This document shows positions 1 to 8,926 of a DNA stretch of 41,103 nt, in pieces. A program made the position numbers and the translations under genes. Within the stretch, counting starts at the first letter, position 1, and each line of letters starts with the position of its first letter. The DNA comes from a virus (Duplodnaviria > Caudoviricetes), in IMG/VR virus record IMGVR_UViG_3300005286_000179, positions 1 through 41,103 of that record; one strand, 5' to 3'. The notes beneath the pieces were generated by a model. That model was not told where the DNA came from. It saw only the letters and a program-made list of their open reading frames with translations, and did no database searches.

Positions 1-134
1 TCCGGCGCCAGCTTCCGGATCTGGTCGACGCTCATGGCGTCGTTGCGCACCACCTTCACCTCCGCCCCCAGCGCCTGCAGGTACTGCACGAGGTTGAAGG
101 TGAAGCTGTCGTAGTTGTCGATCATCAGCAGCAT
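1..134 (-). CDS. trpG: Anthranilate synthase component II (glutamine amidotransferase), 5' part; runs off the window
   Basis: Manual translation [44 protein letters not shown] is the canonical TrpG/PabA N-terminus; trpE lies at the other prophage end. Confidence 0.93.
   Translation of the reverse strand, partial: MLLMIDNYDSFTFNLVQYLQALGAEVKVVRNDAMSVDQIRKLAP
115..134. repeat. att site, left junction (TTGTCGATCATCAGCAGCAT)
   Basis: 19/20 identical to 40974-40993; corresponds to the first codons of trpG. Confidence 0.92.
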
Positions 135-142
135 ACGCGGGT

Positions 143-221
143 TAACCGTCTGATTTTACTGGGCTTTCCAGCCGACTCCCGCAATCGGTACCGTCACGCG
201 TACCAACAAATTTCGCGGCTT
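143..221. promoter_or_regulatory. att arm: IHF-like site (143-155) and integrase arm-type site (202-221)
   Basis: Minus strand AATCAGACGGTTA fits WATCARNNNNTTR; ACCAACAAATTTCGCGGCTT is 19/20 identical to 40851-40870. Confidence 0.65.
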
Positions 222-231
222 GGAAACGGAT

Positions 232-252
232 CGGGCCGCGTTGCGCGGCCCG
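232..252 (-). terminator. GC hairpin after the last tail gene; possible terminator
   Basis: CGGGCCGCG-TTG-CGCGGCCCG perfect stem; U-tract weak. Confidence 0.4.
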
Positions 253-282
253 TCCCCATGCTGCCCCCTGCCCCGGCCAGGG

Positions 283-1362
283 TCAACCGCCGCCCAGCAG
301 CACGGCCGGGGTGTCGCCCTCTTCCACGCCGCCCACGGAACCGGACACGCGGGCATCGCTGTTCGGCGCCTCGCACTCAATGGTGCAGCGGTAGCCGTCC
401 GGCCCCATGTAATGTTCGGCGCGCGTGATGAGCCATTCGCCGTCCACGCCAGGGCGGAACCCGTCCATGACGGCGATGCCCTCGGCCACCACGTCGGGCC
501 GCCCTGGGAACGTGTAGGACATGGTTCGCTCGCTGCGCGCCCGCTTCCGTTGCTCGGCCTTCGCCGCGTTCTCGGCGCTCACGCGGTCGGCGTACGTCAT
601 GCGCAGCTTGACCACAGGCTCGCCGCTGCCGACCGTCACATGCTTGGCCTTCGCGCGGGCAATGTCGCGATAGTAGGCCACCGCCGTTCCTGCGCTGTCG
701 CGCGTCGCCAGGGTTACGCGGTAGTCGCTGCCGTCGGCCGGCGTGAATGTTACGCGCGGCATGCCCTGGCCGCGCGTGCTTTCGGACGCGCCGCGCTTCG
801 CGAACACAAGCCGGCCGCCTGCGGGCTTCGCGATTGCGTCGTAACGCTTCGCGAGCCGGTGCAGCATGTTCATGTCGCTTTCGTGGTGTTGGTCAATATG
901 CGGCAGCGCGATTGCGCCCAGGTCCGCAGCGACGGCCGGCAACAGCCCATGCTCTGCCGCGATGGTTTCGACCATCTGCCGGATCGTGGTGCCCTTCTTC
1001 CAGCTGCGCACCTTCTGCGACTGTAGGTGCACCTTGCCGCCGCTACTCGCATCCTGCGGCGCAGCGCGCGCACGGATCACCACGGCTTGCGGGTAGCCGG
1101 ACAACTCGACTTCATCGACCACGAACAGGCCCATGCGCGTCAGGCTGTCGCCGTACCCGAGCGAAACATCAAGCTCGGCGCCAGTATCCGGCACCGCAAT
1201 CCGCGCATCCGCAACGTGGTCGGCGAGCGTGATTTCCAGCGTGTCGGTTGTGACGCCGGTTTCGTCCACCAGCCGAATGCTGCGCACGCGGTCCTTGATC
1301 CGGTCCGTAATGTCGGCGCTGTTCGCGACGATGCGGAACGACGGGGCGAAGCTACTCACCAC
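283..1362 (-). CDS. P2 gpD-like baseplate hub / late control D protein
   Basis: DTLEITLAD, LGYG..L..MGLFVVDEVELSG and HIDQ.HESDMNMLHRLA motifs; follows gpX and gpU. Confidence 0.9.
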   Translation of the reverse strand: MVSSFAPSFRIVANSADITDRIKDRVRSIRLVDETGVTTDTLEITLADHVADARIAVPDTGAELDVSLGYGDSLTRMGLFVVDEVELSGYPQAVVIRARAAPQDASSGGKVHLQSQKVRSWKKGTTIRQMVETIAAEHGLLPAVAADLGAIALPHIDQHHESDMNMLHRLAKRYDAIAKPAGGRLVFAKRGASESTRGQGMPRVTFTPADGSDYRVTLATRDSAGTAVAYYRDIARAKAKHVTVGSGEPVVKLRMTYADRVSAENAAKAEQRKRARSERTMSYTFPGRPDVVAEGIAVMDGFRPGVDGEWLITRAEHYMGPDGYRCTIECEAPNSDARVSGSVGGVEEGDTPAVLLGGG

Positions 1363-1568
1363 AGGCGCACGCCCTCCGTCACGGTGGCCGGCTTCGGAAT
1401 GTCGGGCAGTTCAATGCGCGTTCCGGCCGGCAGCCTGGGGCCGATGGCGGCAAGGCCAGGGTTCGCGTCCAGGACGCGGCGCAGGGTTTCCGGCGCGGTG
1501 TCGCCATAGTAGCTGGCGGCCACCGCGTCGATCATGTCGCCATCCCGCGCAACATAGGTGCGGCTCAT
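1356..1568 (-). CDS. Tail protein X (P2 gpX, LysM-like)
   Basis: GDMIDAVA..YYG...VLDANPGLA..GPRLPAGTRIELPD, ends VRLW. Confidence 0.92.
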   Translation of the reverse strand: MSRTYVARDGDMIDAVAASYYGDTAPETLRRVLDANPGLAAIGPRLPAGTRIELPDIPKPATVTEGVRLW

Positions 1569-2020
1569 GCCGAATGCCTCCGCAGTCGAATCGTGAAGTC
1601 ATACCGCGCCGCAGTGCCCCACGGGCGATACACGGATTCCGTCGTGTCGATATCCTCAATCACCCAATTCCCCAGCACCGCGCCGGTACTGGAAAGCAAG
1701 CGGTACGGAACGCCCGCCTGCGCCATCTGCCGCAGCAGGTCCAGGTAATAGCTGTCCCCCTTGAACTCGGGCAGCAGCACGCCCGGCAGCGTGAGCCGAT
1801 CATCACCGGGACCGGTGTACTGCATCGCATCCATGTGCCCGATGCGTTCCTGTGCGCGCCACCGGTAGTTCGTTGAGCGCTGCGCCTCCTGGAACACGGC
1901 GGTGTTCAGCGAAAACTTGAAGTCGCCCAGCATCAGCAGCACCGGGGACGCGCCGGAATCCATCCGGCCGCGCCCCGACAGCAGCAGGTCAGTAATGCCG
2001 GAAGCCGTTTGCCTATCCAC
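1565..2020 (-). CDS. P2 gpU-like tail protein
   Basis: LMLGDFKFSL, QYTGPGDDRLTLPGVLLPE, G.WVIEDI motifs; position after tape measure. Confidence 0.9.
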   Translation of the reverse strand: MDRQTASGITDLLLSGRGRMDSGASPVLLMLGDFKFSLNTAVFQEAQRSTNYRWRAQERIGHMDAMQYTGPGDDRLTLPGVLLPEFKGDSYYLDLLRQMAQAGVPYRLLSSTGAVLGNWVIEDIDTTESVYRPWGTAARYDFTIRLRRHSA

Positions 2021-4303
2021 TTAGTTCACTCCGTCCGTGAGGCTGCCGCGCCGCTGCGCGGCGGCAGCGCGGCGCCGCTCCGCTTCGATCCGGCGCGCAA
2101 GCTCTTCCGCCGACTCGCCCGGCAGCTGCGTGATGTTGTACGTGTGTTGCGACGAATCCTGCACCACCGGGGCGCCAGCGCGTGCGCCAGCACGTCCAGC
2201 GGCCGAAACGCTGGCGGGCGCGGGCTTCGGCACCGCACCGGCCGGCACAGCCTGCGGCACAGCATTGCCCAGGCCCAGGAAGCCCGCCACGGCGCCGATG
2301 CCGGAGCCGACCATCTTGGCCGCCGCCTGAAACTTGTCGTGCATCTTGGCGATCAGGCCGATAACGGTGCCGAGCATGCGCGCGGTACTCATCAGCATGG
2401 CGCCCAGCACGTGCCCGACCTGCCGGCCGGTGTCCGCGATCCCCTTCAACTCTTCGTCAGCCATGTTGACGGGGGCCAGCAGTTCCACAAACCAGTTCCA
2501 CACCTTGCCCAGCAGCGCGCCGACCTCGGCAAGCTGCGGCATGATCGGCGCAAACGCGGCTTGCACTTCGGCCATGACGGGACCGACCGCATCGCGCAGG
2601 CCGTCGAACACGCCGCCAAGAAACGCCTTGATCGGCTGCCAGTATTTGCGCACCACCAGCGCCACGGCAGTGAGCGCGGCCGCAGCCAGGGCGATAGGGC
2701 CGGTGCCGATGCCGGCGATTGCCGCGCCGATTCGGCCAATCCACATCGCGGAACGCGCGGCCACCGGGCCGAACCTGCCCATTGCGGCCAGCGCCTGCCC
2801 CGCCTGGAACTTGCGCCACACGTTCACCACGGCCAGCACCGGGCCGCGCAGCACGGTAAAGCCGTACATGGCGCCCCTCACCGCGACGTTCAGGCCAGCC
2901 ACCGCCAGCGCGGTTGCGGCCACGCCGCGAACAAGCTGCGGGTTCTTCTCGATCCAGCCGGCAACGCGCGTCACCATCGGGCCGACAGCGGCAAGCAACT
3001 GATTCACCTGCGGCAGCAGCGCGCTACCAATCACGCCGCCCAGCTCGCCCATGCGGTTCTTTGCAACCTGCCACTGCGCGTTCGCAGTCTGCATGCGCGC
3101 GGCGAACTCGCGCGACATGCTGCCCTTTGCGCCCTCGCTCGCGACAAGCGCAAGCTGCCGGCGGTACTCTTCCGCGCCCGTTGCCAGCTTCGCCACGTCG
3201 TCGCCGTACTCCGCGCCGAAAATCTGCGACGCGGCAACAAGGCGCTTTTCACCGCTCAGGCTGTTCAGGCGATCCAGGACTTTCAGGATGGTGCCGGTTG
3301 CATCCGTCTGCATGCCGGCCTGCAACTCTTCGACCGAAAGCCCGATGCCACGGATGCCGTTCTGCACGCGCTTCGACTGCGTGGACGCCGCGCCCAGGAT
3401 GCGCATGAGCGCGTTCGTTGCGGTGCCCGCGACTTCGGCGCTGCTGCCCATCGTCAGGAACGTGGAGCCGAGCGCGGCCGCTTCCTGCGCAGGCATGTTG
3501 ACAGCCTTCGCCATACCGCCAATTCGGCGCATCACGTCGATGATATCGCCGCCGGCCGACAGCGCGTTGTCATCCAGGTAGTTGATCGCGTCGGCCAGCC
3601 CTTCGATTTCCGTTACCGGAATGTGGAACAGGCCGGCAATCTTGCCCATGTCATCCGCCAGCTTGCCGGCCGGCAGTTCAAACGCGTCCGCCATCTTCGC
3701 GGCGGTGCGGGTGAACCCGATGATTTCGTCGCCGGCAACGCCCATGCGCAAGCCTGCGGCCACCATGTCCGCAATCTCGTTCGTCGCAATGGGAAGCTCG
3801 CGGCCCAGGCCGCGAACGCTGGCCTGCATTTCGTAGAACTTCGGCGTCAGCTTACCGGCATCGTCGCGCGCGCCGTCCAGCTGCTTCGCAACGCCCAGCA
3901 TCGCCGATTCGAAATCGGCGGCCATCTTCACCGGCGCAAGGACGGCGCCAGCGGTGGCCGCGAAGCCGAAAGCGGCAGTGCGCAGTTCCGCGCCATACTT
4001 CGACCGCGCTGCGGCGTTCGCGGCCTGCCGCGCCTCGATATCCGCCACGCTCGCTTGCACGACGCGCAGGCGATCCACCTGCCGCGTCAGCTGCGCGTAT
4101 TCCTCGCGCATGCGCGACACATTCCGGCCCTGGCGGCCGAACGTCTGAATGCTGTTGGATAGCAGCTTCTGCCGGCGCTCCGCATCCGTGATCGCGGTGC
4201 CGATGGTGCGGAATCCGCCGCGCGCCTCAGCGATGGCGGTGCGCATGGACTGCGCCACCGCACCGCCGATTACGATACTCGCCTTAAGTGTCTTAGCCGC
4301 CAT
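2021..4303 (-). CDS. Tail tape measure protein
   Basis: About 760 aa Ala-rich helical protein with AADFESAM..V.K TP901-type core; start MAAKTLKAS at 4303 preferred. Confidence 0.93.
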   Translation of the reverse strand: MAAKTLKASIVIGGAVAQSMRTAIAEARGGFRTIGTAITDAERRQKLLSNSIQTFGRQGRNVSRMREEYAQLTRQVDRLRVVQASVADIEARQAANAAARSKYGAELRTAAFGFAATAGAVLAPVKMAADFESAMLGVAKQLDGARDDAGKLTPKFYEMQASVRGLGRELPIATNEIADMVAAGLRMGVAGDEIIGFTRTAAKMADAFELPAGKLADDMGKIAGLFHIPVTEIEGLADAINYLDDNALSAGGDIIDVMRRIGGMAKAVNMPAQEAAALGSTFLTMGSSAEVAGTATNALMRILGAASTQSKRVQNGIRGIGLSVEELQAGMQTDATGTILKVLDRLNSLSGEKRLVAASQIFGAEYGDDVAKLATGAEEYRRQLALVASEGAKGSMSREFAARMQTANAQWQVAKNRMGELGGVIGSALLPQVNQLLAAVGPMVTRVAGWIEKNPQLVRGVAATALAVAGLNVAVRGAMYGFTVLRGPVLAVVNVWRKFQAGQALAAMGRFGPVAARSAMWIGRIGAAIAGIGTGPIALAAAALTAVALVVRKYWQPIKAFLGGVFDGLRDAVGPVMAEVQAAFAPIMPQLAEVGALLGKVWNWFVELLAPVNMADEELKGIADTGRQVGHVLGAMLMSTARMLGTVIGLIAKMHDKFQAAAKMVGSGIGAVAGFLGLGNAVPQAVPAGAVPKPAPASVSAAGRAGARAGAPVVQDSSQHTYNITQLPGESAEELARRIEAERRRAAAAQRRGSLTDGVN

Positions 4304-4438
4304 CTTTCGGCAATCCTTCAATCCACCAAATGAAACGGGACACAGGCAAAGCGAATATCTCCGCCAGCCCCCAGCCCGTATGATGGGCCAGGGCGAGCGC
4401 CCCCGTCCTCAGTTCGTCCGGGGTCAGTCCATAAAAAG
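4293..4438 (-). CDS. gpE' extension of tail assembly chaperone (via -1 frameshift)
   Basis: -1 frame reads YGLTPDELRTGALALAHHTGWGLAEIFALPVSRFIWW after a CTTTTTA run at the end of gpE. Confidence 0.75.
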
Positions 4439-4708
4439 CCGATAGGCTTCCTGCAAACGGGTGTAGTCGCGCAGGCTCATCGCGCGGATGTTGTCCGGGG
4501 TCAGGCTGCACAGGTTCGCGAAGGTGTCGATTTCCTTCTGCGTGTCGCTGCCCTGGCGGCGGTTGTAGTCCTCGATATCGCCGACGGTCGGCTCGCGCAT
4601 GGTGACGCGGTTATGCTTGATCCCGTCGAACGTGTATTCGCGGGAAAGCTCGACGTGCGCGGCGGCGCCGTCCATCGTGACGAAATCGGCAGGCTTCTTC
4701 TTGCTCAT
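4424..4708 (-). CDS. Tail assembly chaperone (gpE / Mu gp41-like)
   Basis: VTMREPTVGD...ANLCSLTPDNIRAMSLRDY; lies between tube and tape measure. Confidence 0.88.
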   Translation of the reverse strand: MSKKKPADFVTMDGAAAHVELSREYTFDGIKHNRVTMREPTVGDIEDYNRRQGSDTQKEIDTFANLCSLTPDNIRAMSLRDYTRLQEAYRLFMD

Positions 4709-4728
4709 GGAATTCCCTTCGTGGTGAA

Positions 4729-4753
4729 GCGGGGCCGCCGCCTAGCGGCCCCG
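4729..4753 (-). terminator. Hairpin after the tail tube gene
   Basis: GCGGGGCCGC...GCGGCCCCGC stem; similar to the hairpin after the capsid gene. Confidence 0.5.
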
Positions 4754-4760
4754 CGATGGA

Positions 4761-5261
4761 TCAGATGCCCAGGGCGGCGCGGACAGGCGCCAGCACGTCG
4801 ATGCCGTTGCTCACGTGCGTCATGTTCGGCACGTCGATTTCGTGCAGCATGCGCGCGCCGTGGGTCAGCTTGTAGTACGACAGCGCCAGGGTGATGCGGA
4901 TAGTGGAGCGCTCGCCGGGCTTGGCGGTGCCCTGGTCCACTTCCTTGACGCGGCCATGCATGTTGTGGATCACGGCGGTCACTTCGCCGTCGGCGGATTC
5001 CAGGGCTTCGCGCACGGTGAACTGCACGTTGTTGCCCTGCGAAACGCCCCAGGCCGCGATGGCATCGGGATCGTACGAAACCAGCGCGAAGTTACTTTCC
5101 AGCTTCTCCATGCCCATCACGATTTCCACCGGGGCGTTCATGCCGCCCGCGCGGAACTCTTCGTTGACGGTCGCCAGCTTCGGCGGGTTGAAATCCTCGA
5201 TGCGGCCGGCGTAGCCCTTGCCGTCCAGGAACGCATTGATATTCTTGCGGACGTAGCGCAT
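4761..5261 (-). CDS. Major tail tube protein (P2 FII family)
   Basis: PPKL....EEFRAGGMNAPV...MGMEKLE, YYKL, EIDV.NM motifs. Confidence 0.93.
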   Translation of the reverse strand: MRYVRKNINAFLDGKGYAGRIEDFNPPKLATVNEEFRAGGMNAPVEIVMGMEKLESNFALVSYDPDAIAAWGVSQGNNVQFTVREALESADGEVTAVIHNMHGRVKEVDQGTAKPGERSTIRITLALSYYKLTHGARMLHEIDVPNMTHVSNGIDVLAPVRAALGI

Positions 5262-5264
5262 GGC

Positions 5265-6473
5265 TTAGAAAATCTCCGAAATGTAGTCGTCAACCATGTG
5301 CGAACGGAACGAAAGACGTTCGGCCGGGTACACGGGGGTGAAGTCGAAATCCCAGGCAATCTTTCCGCTCTGAATGTTCGCGGCGCTGTTCAGTTCGGGG
5401 TCCAGCCAGCAGGAACCGCCCAGGATCGCGCCACGGTTGCGCAGGTCGCGCAGGAAGGCATTGACGCCATCGCGCACGTCCTCGGCATACGTGCGGGTGA
5501 TGCCGCGATCCACTGCCCACAGGTGCGCCGCTTGCAGGCTGTCCGCGATGATATCGGCGGTGCGCACCACGCACAGGAACGCCCACTTGGGATCGCTGGA
5601 CAGCGTGCGATTGCCCCACAGGCGGAAACCGTCCTGCCGGATGATGGTCGCCACGTTCTTCGCGTTCAGCAGGTTTGCGCGGCAGGTCGTATCGCCAAGG
5701 GCGAAGTCAACCGGACGGGCAGTGCCGACGATGCCGTAGATGGGGCGATTGGACGGCGAGGCCCAAAAACCGACCTCGTTGTCCGTGCGCGCGATCAGGC
5801 CCGCCACCGCCGGGGACGCCGGTACGTTGACGAACGTTTCGCCGTCCAGCTTCTTGACGAACGGGTCCACCACGTACACGCGGCGCGAACCGCTGTCGCC
5901 GGCCACGGCCACGGCATCGGCATCCGTGGTGTTCGGGCCGTCCTGGATGATGACAGCGCGCAGACGTTCGGCGATGCCTTCCAGTTCGGCCACCACCGGG
6001 TTCCGCAGGAATTCGTCGGAATCGTCGGGGTTGACGGGCCGTTGGTGGGTGAAACCCGGCGCGATCAGAATGCGCGGCTTGTAGCCGGTGACGGACTCGG
6101 CGGCGCACAGGGCATGCACGCCCAGGTAATCGCCGGTGACGGCATCAACGCCGCCAATGACGTTCGCCAGGGTCGCCGCGTCGGTTTCGCCCTTCGGCAC
6201 GCGAATGACGACGATGACGGCGCCCGCTTGGTCAAGGATGGAATCAACGGCACCCGGCAAGGTGCCGTCATCTTCGCCATCGCTCGCCACCAGCTTTGCG
6301 GCCAGCTGCCGCGAATTCGCCAGCAGTACGGGGGTGTTCAGCGGGAACGCCGCTTCATCGGCGCGCGGGGCGGTGCCCACGATGCCGATAATGGACGATG
6401 CGGCAACCGCGATGGGGCGGGCGCCGGTGTCGATTTCGACAACCTCAACGCCGTGCAGGAAATCGGTACTCAC
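5265..6473 (-). CDS. Tail sheath protein (P2 FI family)
   Basis: FLHGVEVVEI, PRILIAPGF, GFWASPSN, GFRLWGNRT motifs. Confidence 0.95.
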   Translation of the reverse strand: MSTDFLHGVEVVEIDTGARPIAVAASSIIGIVGTAPRADEAAFPLNTPVLLANSRQLAAKLVASDGEDDGTLPGAVDSILDQAGAVIVVIRVPKGETDAATLANVIGGVDAVTGDYLGVHALCAAESVTGYKPRILIAPGFTHQRPVNPDDSDEFLRNPVVAELEGIAERLRAVIIQDGPNTTDADAVAVAGDSGSRRVYVVDPFVKKLDGETFVNVPASPAVAGLIARTDNEVGFWASPSNRPIYGIVGTARPVDFALGDTTCRANLLNAKNVATIIRQDGFRLWGNRTLSSDPKWAFLCVVRTADIIADSLQAAHLWAVDRGITRTYAEDVRDGVNAFLRDLRNRGAILGGSCWLDPELNSAANIQSGKIAWDFDFTPVYPAERLSFRSHMVDDYISEIF

Positions 6474-6495
6474 GTGGAAGCGATCCGGGTTGGTT

Positions 6496-6550
6496 GGAAT
6501 CGCTGCAATGGTCGCCCCTCAGCGGGTAGCGTCCCATTGCAGCGATTTCC
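6496..6550 (-). promoter_or_regulatory. Late promoter for the sheath operon
   Basis: GGAAATCGCTGCAATGG-N20-GACCAT, plus an inverted copy of the box at 6496-6511. Confidence 0.75.
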
Positions 6551-7210
6551 TCACAGTTCGGCCACGGCAGACACGGTGAACCGCAGCTTTGAATCGACTG
6601 TTTGCCCCTGGGGGCCGGTCAGTCGAGCCGTCACGTCAGCCCAGGCGGAGCGCGGAACCCTATCGCTGCCGCCAATCGATACCGCGCACATGCGCTGCGA
6701 TCCCAGGGGCTGCGCCGAACTCGCCTGATTGTTCAATCCCAGCGATCCGGGGAACTCTCCGCCCGTCGATACGATGAACTGCACCTTGTATTCGCCGGAA
6801 CTGCCGCCGGCATTTCGCCACGATCCGTTCGCCAGCGATTGCGCGCCCGTGGTCTGCGACACGTAGCGGACAATTTCCCAGTTTCCGTCCGCCTTGAAAA
6901 TCAGCTGCAATTCCGCTTCGGCCACGGTGTTGTTATTTCGCGGCCGACCGGCTGCGGTGTAACTATTGCCGTTGAATGCGAGCGCCACCAGGGCCGCGCC
7001 CTTCGCCTCGAAAAGCTCCGACAGGTCGCGCCCATCGGACAGGCGGAAGCCCACGTTCGCACGCTTGGTTGTGCTGCCACGCGGCTGATACAGCTGGGCC
7101 AGATCGTAGCCATCGCTGCGGCGGAATCCGGTGTTTCCCGCCTTCGTCCCCGACCGGTACGGCGAAAACAGGTTGTCCAGGTCAACGCCGTTTGAAAAGA
7201 ACCCGGACAT
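6551..7210 (-). CDS. Tail-fibre-associated protein, possible receptor-binding/tip protein
   Basis: Coupled to the fibre gene; three N-terminal GF-x3/4-G-x-DL-xx-L(F/Y) repeats then a beta-rich domain. Confidence 0.6.
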   Translation of the reverse strand: MSGFFSNGVDLDNLFSPYRSGTKAGNTGFRRSDGYDLAQLYQPRGSTTKRANVGFRLSDGRDLSELFEAKGAALVALAFNGNSYTAAGRPRNNNTVAEAELQLIFKADGNWEIVRYVSQTTGAQSLANGSWRNAGGSSGEYKVQFIVSTGGEFPGSLGLNNQASSAQPLGSQRMCAVSIGGSDRVPRSAWADVTARLTGPQGQTVDSKLRFTVSAVAEL

Positions 7211-8925
7211 TACGCCGCCCCCTGGCCGCGCACAGCTTCGACTTCGGCGCGCAGCGCGCGCACTTCGGCGGCAAGCTCACGAATCGCAGCGAACGCGACG
7301 GGCATCAACTGGTCAACCAGGACCGCCGGAACGCGCTCGTCGCCGAACTCCGCGCCGTCCTCGACCACAACCTCCGGGATGACTTCTGCCAACTGCTCCG
7401 CGACAAAGAACACGCGGCGCCGGCCGTCGCTGTTGTACTCCGGCTTATAGTGACCCACGACGGTTTCGATGCGCTCGACTTCCGCCAGCCCGTAGGGGCT
7501 GGGGCCTTCGACGTTCTTCAGCCGAATGGATGAGCCATACTGAAAGCCGCCGCTTGCATAGACGGTTCCGCCAAAGGCGGCGCCATTGTTCTGCGCGGCA
7601 AACCTTCCGTCCGCATAGAACGAAAACCAGCCGTGCGGCCCACCGCTGGGGCCAACACGAACGCCAAGGCTGCCGTCGTTGCTCTGCTCGTACAGATAGA
7701 TTGCCTGCGAGCCGAGTCCAAGGTTTCCCTTGATCGTGCAGCCTTGCAGGAACGTCTTGCCGCTCATTTCCGACGGCAGCCGCGCATCGTCCAGCGTGCC
7801 GCTGGCAATATCGCTTGCCGAATGCAAGTGATCCGCCGGGGTGAATACGGCCGGCTTGTTCGTGACTTCGCTCCACGCGGGCCAGCGCGTCGCCGTCTCC
7901 GGCTTGCTCGTGATCGTGGCCCAGTCCTGTTCATGCGCGGCCGGCATGAACGCTTCCGGCTTGTCAGCGACTTCGCCCCAGGTCGGCCAGCGCGCGGCCT
8001 GGGCCGGCACGTTCGTCAGCTGCGCCCACGCGATTTCGACCGTGGGAATCCAGTTCGGCAGGCCCAGGTTCGCTCGCGCGGCGGCCTTGTCCGGCAGGTC
8101 GCCAAGGTTGCGCGCACGCATGAGCGCGTCAGTCTGGCCGGCTTCCTCGTTCTGCACCACGGTGATTTCCGTGCCGGCCGGGTAGCTCTGCGCCAGCGTG
8201 ATTTGCGCGTCGCCAGTCTGCGAGAATCCATCGGCGCGCAGTCGCTTCCCGTCGATATACACGGCCGCGCCGTCCGCAGTGATGTTCGCCAAATCGACCA
8301 CGGTTTGCGACTCGGCCAGCGTCTGCGTTTCCTCGCGCGAAAACACGATCACCGTCCAGCCGGCAGTCGGGTCCACCCACTCCACATCGCCATTCGCGTT
8401 GGAGCGCTTCGCGAGAATTTGCGTTGCCAGCCCGCCAGGGATCAGGCTGCCGGCGGTGACGTTGTTCGCGACCCATGTGCGCGTAGCAACCGCTACGTTA
8501 GGGTCAACGTTCACGGTCACAACGCTGGCGTTCGCCACGCGCAGGACCATGCGCACGACGGTATCGCCGTAGGCGCCTTCCGTCACGTTCGGCTTGTACG
8601 CGTCGGGCACGTTCGCGATGGCGAACAGCTCGCCCTCGTCCGTGTAGATTCCGACTTCGCGGATGGTGAAGCCGCCGATATCAGCCGGCACAACCAATTC
8701 CGCTACAAACAGCGTCGGATCATCGTCGGAAACCTTCAATTCGTTGACGGTCGCGCGGTACCGCTCGCGGTAAAGCGAGCGCTGCGAAGGCTTCGGCGTA
8801 ACTTGGTGGCCGTTGCCATCACCTACAGCCATATGCGAAAGCTCGACGGTGCGTTGCTCGGCACCGGCTTCCGCGATGATTTGCATGCCGCGTTCGGTCA
8901 GGATGGTGCGATAGGTAGCAGCCAC
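7210..8925 (-). CDS. Tail fibre (P2 gpH-like N-terminus, C-terminal S74-like intramolecular chaperone)
   Basis: MAVGDGNG, GGFTIREVGI, W..(I/V)..KP repeats, SSIRLKN...AEQLAEVIPEVV...AIREL coiled coil. Confidence 0.9.
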   Translation of the reverse strand: MAATYRTILTERGMQIIAEAGAEQRTVELSHMAVGDGNGHQVTPKPSQRSLYRERYRATVNELKVSDDDPTLFVAELVVPADIGGFTIREVGIYTDEGELFAIANVPDAYKPNVTEGAYGDTVVRMVLRVANASVVTVNVDPNVAVATRTWVANNVTAGSLIPGGLATQILAKRSNANGDVEWVDPTAGWTVIVFSREETQTLAESQTVVDLANITADGAAVYIDGKRLRADGFSQTGDAQITLAQSYPAGTEITVVQNEEAGQTDALMRARNLGDLPDKAAARANLGLPNWIPTVEIAWAQLTNVPAQAARWPTWGEVADKPEAFMPAAHEQDWATITSKPETATRWPAWSEVTNKPAVFTPADHLHSASDIASGTLDDARLPSEMSGKTFLQGCTIKGNLGLGSQAIYLYEQSNDGSLGVRVGPSGGPHGWFSFYADGRFAAQNNGAAFGGTVYASGGFQYGSSIRLKNVEGPSPYGLAEVERIETVVGHYKPEYNSDGRRRVFFVAEQLAEVIPEVVVEDGAEFGDERVPAVLVDQLMPVAFAAIRELAAEVRALRAEVEAVRGQGAA

Positions 8926-8926
8926 T

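Noticed and set aside
710-762. GTTACGCG(CG) half-sites inside gpD, and similar ones near 25242, 28823 and 37977
   Set aside because: Within coding sequence with no promoter context; compatible with chance in CG-rich DNA
7210-8925. Diversity-generating retroelement or invertible tail-fibre segment
   Set aside because: No reverse transcriptase, invertase or template/variable repeat pair seen
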